DNA of 64,000 nucleotides, from IMG/VR virus record IMGVR_UViG_3300028837_000518, positions 45,320-109,319 of that record, one strand, 5' to 3'. Of this stretch, positions 8,116 to 17,454 are shown in pieces. The translations under genes were made by a program, and so were the position numbers. The stretch's first letter is position 1; the number at the start of each line of letters is the position of its first letter. This DNA is from a virus. The notes under the pieces were generated by a model, which was not told where the DNA came from, did not search any database, and saw only the letters and a program-made list of their open reading frames with translations.

Positions 8116-8539
8116 CGACGCGACGCTGGCCAAGCTGGAGGAAGTCGAAAAGAAGGCGACGGATGGGCCGTGGGATTATGATGGTCAGCACAACGAGATC
8201 ATCGCGCCCACGACCGACGCTGAACAATACTGGCTCATCGTATCTGAGTGCCGGAGTGCTCCTGACCAAACCGCTGAACGAGATCGCTGGGGACACCACT
8301 ACGACGCGAACTATGATCTCATAGTCCGCAGCCGCAACGCCATGCCCGACCTCCTGGAGACGATTCGGGTGCTGAGGGCGGCGCTGGAAAATGTAGCAAT
8401 AGGTTGCGATGAGGCGTTGAAGAACCTGAGAAAAGGGAATCTCACTGACGTTGGTCGGAACCTGGCAGCGACGCAAACCATCTTACGCGCCGCCCTTCAG
8501 GAAGAGGAGGCAGAGCGTAGTGAACCTACTGACGGATGA
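8108..8539 (+). CDS. Ead/Ea22-like protein
   Basis: 'EKKATDGPW...LIVRSRNAMPDLLETIR' pattern. Confidence 0.65.
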   Translation: MIDDATLAKLEEVEKKATDGPWDYDGQHNEIIAPTTDAEQYWLIVSECRSAPDQTAERDRWGHHYDANYDLIVRSRNAMPDLLETIRVLRAALENVAIGCDEALKNLRKGNLTDVGRNLAATQTILRAALQEEEAERSEPTDG

Positions 8540-8909
8540 GAAGGAGCTGGCCGAGATCGAGGCGCTGTGCGAGGCGGCAACGCCGGGTCCGTGGGTGATT
8601 GGCATTCAGATAGCTGCCCGAAGCTGGCCCGTCTTCTCGTTGCGAGACATGGAGACTGCTACTGAAGATGAGGCGCGGCGAGACGCAGCATTGATTGAAC
8701 GCTGCCGCACCGACTTTCCTCGCGCCGTGGCGACGATTCGGAAGTTGACGGCGGCGCTGGAGCGACTCACAAAACTGGCCTCAGAGAGTTTGCCAGTAGC
8801 TCAAGGAGGGGTCTCTGCCCGCCTAGATTGGGAGCTAGGAGTTGATGCTGGTCGCTACGAGGCTGCCGAGATTGCGCAAACCGTCCTTCGCAGCGAGGAG
8901 GCCCCATGA
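8520..8909 (+). CDS. Ead/Ea22-like protein
   Basis: 'CEAATPGPW...DAALIERCRTDFP' pattern. Confidence 0.65.
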   Translation: MNLLTDEKELAEIEALCEAATPGPWVIGIQIAARSWPVFSLRDMETATEDEARRDAALIERCRTDFPRAVATIRKLTAALERLTKLASESLPVAQGGVSARLDWELGVDAGRYEAAEIAQTVLRSEEAP

Positions 8910-9292
8910 GCCACGAATACAAACCTGGCAGCCCTTACGGTAGACCAGTTGATCCTAAGCGATGCAAAGCATCCGTTTCCGAGAGTGGACGCTCACTATG
9001 GTATAACCAGTGTAGCCGCAAGCCCTGGAAGGATGGCTGGTGCAAGCAACACCACCCCGATACTACAGCGGCACGGCGGGCGCAGGCCCAAGAGCGCTAT
9101 GAGACAAAGCACCGAAACAGCCCATCAGTACAACTGCGGCGAGCCAATGCAGAGATTGTTCAACTGAAGGAACGTGTAGCGGAGTTGGAACAAATACATA
9201 ATGTTCCTTCAAACTGCCGTGTGATGATTGTGCCACTTGGAGGCCATGATGTTGAAGAGTTCTATAAGGAGGATACCTCGTGCCTGAATTGA
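8906..9292 (+). CDS. Hypothetical protein with C3H-type motif
   Basis: 'RCKASV...QCSRKP...WCKQHHP'; ATGA overlap. Confidence 0.6.
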   Translation: MSHEYKPGSPYGRPVDPKRCKASVSESGRSLWYNQCSRKPWKDGWCKQHHPDTTAARRAQAQERYETKHRNSPSVQLRRANAEIVQLKERVAELEQIHNVPSNCRVMIVPLGGHDVEEFYKEDTSCLN

Positions 9293-9489
9293 CCGATACA
9301 GAACTACTCACTCTAGCAATAAATGTGCTAGAGGGAACACAGATGGCAGTATCGCCGCAATCAACAATAGACCGACTAGAGCAGTTAGGCTGGGTACATT
9401 GTCCCTTTTGTGGAAACTGGACATCGGACGATGAACTTAGGCTGAGTGGCGAGAACGATGGCTGCAACTGGTGTCTGTAAGGAGGCCGT

Positions 9490-9930
9490 ATGACCAAGCG
9501 AGTGACGTGGGACGAAACAAAAGAGCTTAAGGATCATATTCGTACACTGCGAGCACAAATCTCAGTCTGGCAAGGCATAGAACTTATTTGGACTAAGCAG
9601 AAGGCAGAGCTACAAGAGGAACTTGCCACTACAGCAGCACGCATTGAAGAGTTGGAATCTGAGGCGGCTGCCATTCGTGGTTCTCTCGGTGCAGTTGTCT
9701 TAGCCGGCTCTATTATTCAGGAAGCTCGGGCCTCAGTTAGGCTCGATAAGAATAAGGATGGGTCATCAGTAACACAATCTGCATGGGACTTGCCTGAAAA
9801 AGAAGATGAGTGGGGTCAGAGTTATGGACGCTGCGATATTTGCGGAACCCCCATTAATATTGTACGCCCGGGGAAGGGACAACTAGCATGTGATTGTCAA
9901 CAAGAGGGTGCCATATGCCCGGACTATTAA
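9490..9930 (+). CDS. Hypothetical coiled-coil/Zn-ribbon protein
   Basis: AGGAGG RBS; 'CDICG...CDC'. Confidence 0.6.
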   Translation: MTKRVTWDETKELKDHIRTLRAQISVWQGIELIWTKQKAELQEELATTAARIEELESEAAAIRGSLGAVVLAGSIIQEARASVRLDKNKDGSSVTQSAWDLPEKEDEWGQSYGRCDICGTPINIVRPGKGQLACDCQQEGAICPDY

Positions 9931-10256
9931 TGACTCAGGTGAATGTTAGGGATAGGCTAAAGTTTTGGGCTAAACTTCCCTACCATCTTCGCCAAGGTAC
10001 ATAGGAACGTTTAAATGCTCTTCATACCGCCGACGTTCTCTATAACCGTGTTACCGCATTTAATGATTGGGCCTGGGAGTACCTTCTCAGTACGCGGCGT
10101 AGGATGTTTGACCGTAATTACGGTAGGATAGTATGGCGCTGCGTTAGATGTTGGGCATTGGTTGACTGTAACCCAAACCCAGAATTGCACGCACCTGGAT
10201 GTTATGTAGGTCGTTTAGAGAGACTGATGGGTAAGGTTTCTAATGCCAGTCCTTAA
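9915..10256 (+). pseudogene. Paralog of 10990..11538 interrupted by in-frame TAG (10002-10004)
   Basis: After the TAG: 'ALHTADVLYNRVTAFNDWAWEYL...CVRC...HAPGCYVGRL', matching 'ALHTALALYERVEAFKEWGREYL...CSLC...HTPDCLVGRL'. Confidence 0.7.
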
Positions 10257-10611
10257 CACAATCAACGCTAAGATAGCATTGGCGAAGGGGTGGAAAGTTG
10301 ATATTTTCCCCGCTATTAACCTGCTAACTGGCGAGCGCATCACTAAGGAAGGCAAGCCGGTCCAGCAATGTTTTTGGTATTCGCCCAGTGGTCAATTTTA
10401 CGACGAGTATCCTCCCGACTGGGTGGGTACGCTGACGGGAGTAATGGAACTACTGTGGGACTTACTACCCACATGGAGTTTAGAACGAACAGTTAATGAG
10501 TGGGGTCTAGTTGATGGCACTAGGTTGCCACGATAGTTCTTCTATGCACCACACGACAAGTTAGGTGAGTGTGTAGGTAGAGCCTGGTTAAGTGAATTTG
10601 GTGGAGAATAA
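10243..10611 (+). pseudogene. ABA-sandwich-like gene with in-frame TAG (10534-10536)
   Basis: Frame continues 'FFYAPHDKLGECVGRAWLSEFGGE*', resembling the C-terminus of 18683..18880 ('FESPEEHPAKCIMDAWQSVFGG') and ending next to the following ATG (10613). Confidence 0.65.
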
Positions 10612-10612
10612 T

Positions 10613-10993
10613 ATGGTACAACAGAATCCTGTTACGAATGATCGTTCTAGAGATGTTACACCTGTCGCAGAGCAAGAGTTTGTGAAGGCCATTCGCGAGA
10701 GAGAGCAAGTGGGAATAGCAACTTATGGAGTCTCCCTCCAGACTCATAACGGAAGGGATGCTATTCAAGACGCGATGGAGGAAGTAGTTGATTTGTGGCA
10801 GTATATCGTACAGATCAAAATGGAAGCAGCTGACTTAAAACAACAGTTATCAATTGACCGCGACGAGTTGGTTGAACAGATTATGGGTGTAGTAAAGGCT
10901 ATGACACAGGCCCATCCCACACTTATTGATACGACTGCATGGAGAACAATACTTCGGCAGCGTATTGAAGCAATTTGGGAGAAGGTTCCATGA
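10613..10993 (+). CDS. Conserved phage protein, possible all-alpha NTP-pyrophosphatase-like
   Basis: 'REQVGIATYG...NGRDAIQDAMEEVVDLWQY'. Confidence 0.55.
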   Translation: MVQQNPVTNDRSRDVTPVAEQEFVKAIREREQVGIATYGVSLQTHNGRDAIQDAMEEVVDLWQYIVQIKMEAADLKQQLSIDRDELVEQIMGVVKAMTQAHPTLIDTTAWRTILRQRIEAIWEKVP

Positions 10994-11538
10994 CCGAGCG
11001 AATGATGACGCGGAACGAATTGCATGTGGCATTACTATGCAAGGATGCTCCCCTTACAGAGAGTTTCCTATACCCTGTGATGAGCAAAGACGCAGCCCAA
11101 CTTGCTCTAGCTCGTTACAAGAAAGCACTCCATACTGCCCTCGCCCTCTATGAGCGCGTGGAGGCCTTCAAAGAGTGGGGGCGGGAGTATCTGGCTATAC
11201 CTACTAGGAGTGGCGCGGTTATTTCCTCTCTCTACGGATCTCTATTTTGCAGCTTATGTGGCAGTGCCCTTCACAAAGATGAGCCACACACACCTGACTG
11301 CCTCGTGGGACGCCTGAAGGAGATAGTAGAGGAGGTTTCTAATGCCAATTCCTGTAGCGCTGACCGGGGGGTGAAAGGACGAGATACAAGAACTATTTCT
11401 CGGACGCCGGAGGAGCGGCAAAGCCTGCGCGAGTGGATCGACAGTATAATGGGTCCCCGGCGCCGGGCGCGCGAGGAGGAGAATCGCAGAACGCGGCGAC
11501 CGAACCCCGGGGTTTTCAATCAACCAATGACATACTAG
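10990..11538 (+). CDS. Hypothetical protein with CxxC...HxxxC motif
   Basis: ATGA overlap; paralog of 9915..10256. Confidence 0.6.
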   Translation: MTERMMTRNELHVALLCKDAPLTESFLYPVMSKDAAQLALARYKKALHTALALYERVEAFKEWGREYLAIPTRSGAVISSLYGSLFCSLCGSALHKDEPHTPDCLVGRLKEIVEEVSNANSCSADRGVKGRDTRTISRTPEERQSLREWIDSIMGPRRRAREEENRRTRRPNPGVFNQPMTY

Positions 11539-12720
11539 CGAGATGGGGAAATGAGCATTAGCGGGGCGCTGGCTGATGCGCGGCGATATGTGATGATAGC
11601 GGCTGATACACTACAATGCTATGTTGATAATTACCGTTCAGCTACTGATCATGGTGTGCCCTGGCGCTACGTTAGAGAAGTGGCAACGGACCTGTATATC
11701 ATTACGGAGACCCTTGATGCAAACCCTTAAACGCATTGCCTGGTTCATCGTTCTCGCTTTGTGGATATTAGTACTCATGCTAATCACAAGTCAATTATTC
11801 CTAGCGACGAAATTATAATGAGTACTACTAAGCGCAGTCGACTACTTGAGATTGCTGGAATGCCCACGATTGTAGGGGCACAACACACTACATATAGGAT
11901 AGGCGAGAAGTCTTCCGTTTACTTCCTAGAGCATAATGGTGCGCAAGTATACGAAAGTGTCTGTCGTGCTTATCATATCCTAGAGCAGGTGAAGGATTGG
12001 CTCAAGCGCGGCGTGCCCCTAGAGACTATCCTAGAACTGGTAGAGTTCATGGAATCAGGATGACAAGAGGGGTAAAAGTAATGCTAGCACAATTTATTCG
12101 GTGGATAGGCTGTACGTCTGGTCTCTTTCACTTACGGTGTCTCTGGAAAGAAGAAGGTATCTATTGTGTAGACTGCGAGTTTTTTAAGAGCAAGGCAGCG
12201 CATCTAGCAGATTTGCACGCAGGCGGTGGGTGGTAAAGGCCGCAAAATGACAATCACTGAGAAATCAGTACTTCTAGGATTCGCCATAACTTATCGTTTT
12301 GAGAATCAAGGATTCAACGAACACGGTAAAAAAGTCTATACACACTCTGCTATCCGTCTTGCGCCACGGATAATTCAGGCAAATGCGCTACCGAAAGAGT
12401 TGGTCGTTTCTATTGCGCGTTTTCTACAAGAGCATATCGAGCAAATAGACGAGTAAGAGGAGGTATAAAGTGTCTATTAGCTATCTCGTACTCTTAATGA
12501 TTGGAGCTATTAATAATGGTGTTTAAGCAAGGGAGGTGATGTGGAGTGCCAGACGGTTATCACTATGTTTATAGTCCTAGCGGTCGAGAATTAGTGCTAG
12601 TTGCGGTCGAGGGGTCGATAACGAGCGTATAGACAGAAACTTGACCCTACGGAATGACGCGCTGACCGCAACTTAGACATTCAATGACAGGCTATTCGAC
12701 TCAGCCACAAGGTAAAAGAA

Positions 12721-13056
12721 ATGCCATTGCCGAATACTATTGATCCTGAATGCATAATCCCATGTAGGGCAATGAATCGCCTACCCGGAATCACAACCGT
12801 AGAATCATGTTGTGACCATAACAAACGGGCATTCAAGATATGGTTTGTTGTTGATAACCTAGCAGCCCTACCACCTCTTTTGTACTGGATTGATTCTTGA
12901 CATTCCGGCATTCCCGGATGGTCGGTGACCGTTCTAACGGACTGTGCGATGTATCCAACCTTCTTTCGTCTGACTGGCGGCTTAGGTGAAGTAGCCTATG
13001 ATGGTGCCAGGCAGATTGCCAAAGCAATAGATGAATACTTAGATACTATTCAATGA
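12721..13056 (+). pseudogene. Hypothetical gene with in-frame TGA (12898-12900)
   Basis: 'IDPECI...TVESCCDH...LLYWIDS*HSGIPGWSVTVLTDCAM...' continues to a stop at 13054-13056, just before the next RBS. Confidence 0.6.
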
Positions 13057-13068
13057 TGGGAGGTATTA

Positions 13069-13278
13069 ATGCGTTATCCAGATGTTACAGTACCGGTATG
13101 TCTGGCCGGGCCAGAGGGCAATGCTATGGCCATTATGGGTTTAGTAGCACAGTCATTGAGACGAGCAGGCGTACCACGAGCCGAGATAGATGAGTTCTAC
13201 AAAGATGCAACAAGTGGTGATTACGAGCATTTGCGCGCTGTGTGTGATGAGTGAGTAGATATGGAGTGGGAGTACTAG
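13069..13278 (+). pseudogene. Small conserved phage protein with TGA at a probable Trp position (13252-13254)
   Basis: 'GPEGNAMAIMG...ATSGDYEHLRAVCDE*VDME'; as I recall, this family normally ends '...W-V-x-V/I'. Confidence 0.55.
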
Positions 13279-13282
13279 AAAG

Positions 13283-13510
13283 ATGTCAAAGTTTCGCAAG
13301 AAACCAGTAGTAGTTGAGGCAGTGCAGTTAACACATCGCGTTGTTATTCGGACCCTTGAGGGTGAAATGGTGGGAGAGCCTGGGGATTGGCTTATCACTG
13401 GCCTTAGAGGTGAGCAATATCCCTGTAAGGATGATATTTTTCAAGCGACGTATGAACCAGTGGGAGAAATAACACCTATAACACCCTTTCTTGGGCCTTG
13501 TAGGTACTAA
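13283..13510 (+). CDS. PGDYG-like conserved phage protein
   Basis: 'KFRKKPVVVEA...TLEG.M..PGDWLITG..GE.YPCK.DIF..TYE'. Confidence 0.8.
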   Translation: MSKFRKKPVVVEAVQLTHRVVIRTLEGEMVGEPGDWLITGLRGEQYPCKDDIFQATYEPVGEITPITPFLGPCRY

Positions 13511-13518
13511 GCAATAAC

Positions 13519-13589
13519 GCCGGAGTAGCTTAATGGAAAGCGGTGCTCTTGTAAAGCACAAGTAGTGGGTTCGAATCCCATCCTCGGCT
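13519..13589 (+). tRNA. tRNA-Thr(TGT)
   Basis: GCCGGAG/CCTCGGC acceptor, GTGCT-CTTGTAA-AGCAC anticodon arm, GTGGG-TTCGAAT-CCCAT T arm. Confidence 0.88.
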
Positions 13590-13833
13590 CTGGTGCGCTC
13601 CGCGTGAGGGGCGCATGGCATGGATCACAGTAGAAAGGAGAGCATCATGGAAAAGCTGTGGACTTGGGTGTCGTGGAAGTTGCCCAGGAAGCTGGTGTAC
13701 TGGGCTTCCGTGCGTCTCATGGCTTATGCAACCACGGGTGAGCACGCCAGCAAAGAAGCACCGAAAGTTACTATACTCGACGCGCTTCAAGCCTGGTAAG
13801 GCGCACGGCATGACAGCGGGAAAAGACCCGCGT

Positions 13834-13880
13834 GGCTGGATAGGAGGTTATGACGGGCCGTTCGACTCGGCCACCAGCCA
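13834..13880 (+). ncRNA. Minimal tRNA-like element (acceptor stem + T arm only)
   Basis: GGCTGG/CCAGCC stem, GGCCG-TTCGACT-CGGCC T arm; no D or anticodon arm. Confidence 0.55.
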
Positions 13881-13893
13881 TTGGAGGGAGCAG

Positions 13894-14124
13894 ATGGTTG
13901 TGCAATCGTTCGTGGGGGGACTGCCCCCACACATTCGGGCTATTTAGGACAATGCTACGAGACACGAAAACAAAACGCCTTCACTAGCAATGCTTTTGGA
14001 GGAAGTCGCTGAACTTGCAGCCGCGCTTGAAGGGAAGCATGAGCACTCTCCAGAAATCGAACTGGTACAAATTGGTGGTATCGCCGCGAACTGGCTAAGG
14101 CTTCAGGCGGCGGGGCGAGACTAA
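13894..14124 (+). pseudogene. MazG-like small gene with in-frame TAG (13945-13947)
   Basis: GGAGGGA RBS; 'HIRAI*DNATRH...LLEEVAELAAAL...ELVQIGGIAANW'. Confidence 0.6.
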
Positions 14125-14880
14125 CAAAGAAAGGAGCAAGGATATGTTCGACCTATGCGCAGAAATGTGGAGAGCTGTCGGCGGAGAGCCGTCCGTTGTG
14201 GTCGCCAGGTTGACGGATGAGGAAGCTCAGCAACTAATCGCTCAATCCGAGCGAGACCTCAAGAGAGACATAGAGAAAATGCGAGCGAGAGTCGAGCCGA
14301 CTGCTGAATCCTGGATTCGTCTGTACTGACCTACGGGCGGCGGGGCGCAACATCTAGCGACGGGAGGAATCATGCGCGAAATTGCATCTGATGAAATGTA
14401 TAAAGCTCTGAGTGATCTTCTTGCAGAAGAAAAGGAGACTGAAGAACTACCCGACGATCTAGAAGAAGCAGTCAAACGCATCAAGGAGAGCCTTGAGAAA
14501 CCGGACGTGGAGGCAGTGTTGGTATTTCCTACGTCCCGACGACACTTTCCAATCCCACCACGTAAGTTATAATGTGTGCTACAGCAACACGCAACCGAAC
14601 CGGAGGATAGGTGTGGAAAGCCGATAGGCTCTCGCTGAGGCAGGGTTTTGACAGGCCACACCATGTGTTGCTTAATCTCTGACTACGAGTTTGATTCCGA
14701 ACCCGGTTATACAATCAGTTAGGAGGGTCGCGTGGGAGCTTGGCTTGTAGTATCTCTTGGGATTATATTGGCGTGCAGGCTAGTGAAGCTGGTGGTTTGG
14801 TTGCGTGGTTTCTCCGAACCATACTCAGGAGCTTGCTAAGGAAACCAAGCAAAGCCCTGATGACATCTCGGAAAGACGAG

Positions 14881-15024
14881 AAGAATGGTGCGGCGTGGAG
14901 GACACGCTAGGTTGGGGTTATCTGACTAGGCACTAGTAGGTACTGGAGTTCTAGAGTGACAGCCGAATAGCTAATAGTCCCTGGTTTAAGGTCAGAAGCG
15001 GGTTCAAATCCCGCCACCATTCTT
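14881..15024 (+). ncRNA. tRNA-like RNA with ~90-nt insert between D and T arms
   Basis: 10-bp terminal stem AAGAATGGTG/CACCATTCTT, D-like GCGT-GGAGGAC-ACGC, TCTGAC/GTCAGA helix, GCGGG-TTCAAAT-CCCGC T arm. Confidence 0.65.
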
Positions 15025-15055
15025 GGACGGTGCGGCATAGTGCGATGAAAGGAGA

Positions 15056-15616
15056 GTGAATATGCAAACTGACAAGAACAACAAAGATTGTCCAGCCACA
15101 CTCGGAGAGTATCGGCGTCTTTGCATAGCCTTATCACCATATCGCGAGAATTGTGAGGCAGTCGCCCTTCTCGACCGCAAGATTGCAAATTCCCCAATCG
15201 GTGCTGACGACTTAGTGATAGCGCCAGACAGTCAGATGAGAATACTGCTTATGCCTATGTTGACACGCGAGCATTGCTCACAGCCTACCGAGACTTCGGC
15301 GTCAGAGGTAGGTTCTTGTCCCAAGTGCGGATACAAGGGCCTAACTAAAAAAGGGGGAGTTCTTACGCAACGGCTGGGAGAATTTGGTGACGGACGAATA
15401 AAGCAGTGCCCCACTTGCGACGCTTGGCTCTTCATTGGTCCAAGTGGTACTGTAGAAGAGAGCAATGCCGGAGTATGTATTGGCGGTATGTTACGTGGCG
15501 AGCAAGCACTGTACTCGTTAGATAGCGGGCTAAACCGAGTTGATGCTCACATTGAGGAACTTAGCACTAATCGTGATGTTGTCAGACGGGAGATAGAAAG
15601 GCGTGGCATAGCATAA
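15056..15616 (+). CDS. Hypothetical protein with Zn ribbon
   Basis: AAGGAG RBS; 'CPKCG...CPTCD'. Confidence 0.55.
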   Translation: MNMQTDKNNKDCPATLGEYRRLCIALSPYRENCEAVALLDRKIANSPIGADDLVIAPDSQMRILLMPMLTREHCSQPTETSASEVGSCPKCGYKGLTKKGGVLTQRLGEFGDGRIKQCPTCDAWLFIGPSGTVEESNAGVCIGGMLRGEQALYSLDSGLNRVDAHIEELSTNRDVVRREIERRGIA

Positions 15617-15904
15617 TGCACAAGAAACCTCGTCGCTGGGCGGTTCGTACAGTTAAGAATGGACGAGTTCTAATCTTCGGCTACTGGTATAGGCCATCCA
15701 ATACTCATCTAAAGTATGATGGTAGGTTTGAAAACTGGCGACTAATCTTTGGTCTATACGCAAGGTATGATGAGGATGGCTGGTGTGGTTACGAACCTTT
15801 TGTCTACCTCTGGGGAACTGAACACCGGTTCCGTGAACGAAATCCTCATGCTGTAGACACTACCGCTGTAAATGGAACGCTACCATGGAGTTTCTGGAGA
15901 CGTG

Positions 15905-16318
15905 ATGATAACTAAACGTATCGGCTTTACTGGTACACGTCAAGGTATGACGGCACGGCAAAAGGCAGAACTTACACTCATCTTGTCTGAGGTTGAAGGC
16001 GGCCACAGCGAGCACCAATTTATTCACGGCGACTGTATTGGTGCCGATGCGCGAGCACATAATATTGCCCTAGCATTAGGTTATCATATAGTGATATATC
16101 CCTGTACTATTCATAAGCAACGCGCTTACTGTCAGGATGCGGACAAAGTTCACCGCCCTCAAAACCCTCTTGCTCGGAATAGAGACATTGTAAATGCGGC
16201 ACAACAACTTATAGCCGCTCCCGGCATGGTATATGAGGTTGTTCGCTCTGGAACATGGTACACGGTTCGGTACGCTCGGCGAGTTGGCGTGCCAATGACT
16301 ATTCTAAAACCATGGTAA
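15905..16318 (+). CDS. SLOG/DprA-like nucleotide-binding protein
   Basis: 'IGFTGTRQGMT', 'HGDCIGADA', 'ARNRDIV', 'SGTWYTVRYA'. Confidence 0.75.
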   Translation: MITKRIGFTGTRQGMTARQKAELTLILSEVEGGHSEHQFIHGDCIGADARAHNIALALGYHIVIYPCTIHKQRAYCQDADKVHRPQNPLARNRDIVNAAQQLIAAPGMVYEVVRSGTWYTVRYARRVGVPMTILKPW

Positions 16319-16397
16319 CGTGTCATTTATAATTATAGTTGTGTTAATAGTTATAATAGTAGTTATCTTTCACGATGAAGAACTCTAACTGTGCTAT

Positions 16398-16471
16398 ACG
16401 GCGGTAGCTTAACAGGCTAGAGCAACGATCTCCAAAATCGTAAGGTGTAGGTTCAACCCCTACCCGCCGTG
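16398..16471 (+). tRNA. tRNA-Trp(CCA)
   Basis: ACGGCGG/CCGCCGT acceptor, ACGAT-CTCCAAA-ATCGT anticodon arm, G73. Confidence 0.88.
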
Positions 16472-16486
16472 TATAGGAGGAAAAGA

Positions 16487-16675
16487 ATGAGTCGCTTTAT
16501 AGTTGCAGTATCGGATAATGATGTTGAGAACTTGCTAGACGAGTGTATAGAGCAAGATATAATTGGTGGGTCCAGGTTCGCGCAAATGACCTACGAGCAG
16601 GGTGTTGATGCGGCCTTGCGTTGGGTTATAGGGCTTGCTGATGAGCACCCTCTACACCCTCTATCAAACACGTAG
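16487..16675 (+). CDS. Small hypothetical protein (paralog of 6155..6328)
   Basis: 'QMTYEQGVDAALRWVIG'; AGGAGG RBS. Confidence 0.7.
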   Translation: MSRFIVAVSDNDVENLLDECIEQDIIGGSRFAQMTYEQGVDAALRWVIGLADEHPLHPLSNT

Positions 16676-16681
16676 GTAGCA

Positions 16682-16832
16682 AGCTCGGGTAGCTGGTGCT
16701 ACTGTAGCTCACTTTCTCAGTCGGCTTCATTAAAGTACGACGACTTAACGAGACACGGGGGGATGTGAGACCGTAAAATGGCACCAAGCGTCGTGAACAG
16801 GTGTCAAGCTGGTTCGATTCCGGCCCCGGGCT
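16682..16832 (+). ncRNA. tRNA-like RNA with greatly extended D-arm
   Basis: AGCTCGGG/CCCGGGCT acceptor, TA linker, long nested helix GGTGCTA/TGGCACC, CTCAC/GTGAG, AGTCG/CGACT, then GCTGG-TTCGATT-CCGGC T arm. Confidence 0.65.
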
Positions 16833-16853
16833 ATAGCATAAAGGAGGAGTGAT

Positions 16854-17261
16854 GTGGCAGAACTACTTATCAACACTGATGAGGTTAGTGCAGCATTTCT
16901 TGACTGTCTTTACAGTATGGAAGAAACAGGTAATTATATGCCGGCCGATGCTGTTGTCGTGAAGGGAATCTTAGGTAAATATGGGTTTCATCCTGCTCGC
17001 TTAGAGGCGAATCGTGCGCGAGTTGCAGAATGGTTAGTTACTCTTCCCAATGCCTTTCGATCAAGTGCAAGCGATGGGTGGGGTTGGACTTTTCTAAAAG
17101 CCTGTTATCAAGAGAATGGTGTACAGTGGACGAGCTTTCACCGCCACATGGAGCAACTCTTTTGCCTCGGGCTTGGCCTCGGCCCAGTTCGCTCTACTAT
17201 AGAACGCCGATACTGGCCTTATCTCGCCGGCGGAATGCCATACTATGTGATTAATCTATAA
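16854..17261 (+). CDS. Hypothetical protein
   Basis: AAGGAGG RBS; intact ORF. Confidence 0.6.
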   Translation: MAELLINTDEVSAAFLDCLYSMEETGNYMPADAVVVKGILGKYGFHPARLEANRARVAEWLVTLPNAFRSSASDGWGWTFLKACYQENGVQWTSFHRHMEQLFCLGLGLGPVRSTIERRYWPYLAGGMPYYVINL

Positions 17262-17454
17262 TGATTAAGTTTATACGGTTTAGAACTACGCGACTATTTA
17301 CCATCGGCGTCACCTGGTATAAGCGCGCAAACTATTGGGATAAAGGGAATCTAACTTTAGCCCTTGGGCACTTACGACTGGGTATTCAATATGGTCACAC
17401 CTTTTTCCCCACTTTCCCTTGGGGGTTTGACCACTTTAGATAAGGAGATAGAGT

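Noticed and set aside
12550-12650. Additional GGTCGA/GGTTATC matches as a sixth Y RNA
   Set aside because: Motifs are in the wrong order and spacing, and no closing terminal stem is found
13615-13893. 5' part of ORF 13615..13947 as a real gene
   Set aside because: It overlaps structured RNA elements; the credible start with an RBS is at 13894
14857-14881. Hammerhead ribozyme (CTGATGA…GAAA)
   Set aside because: No stem II between CUGAUGA and GAAA; the GAAA is in a hairpin loop
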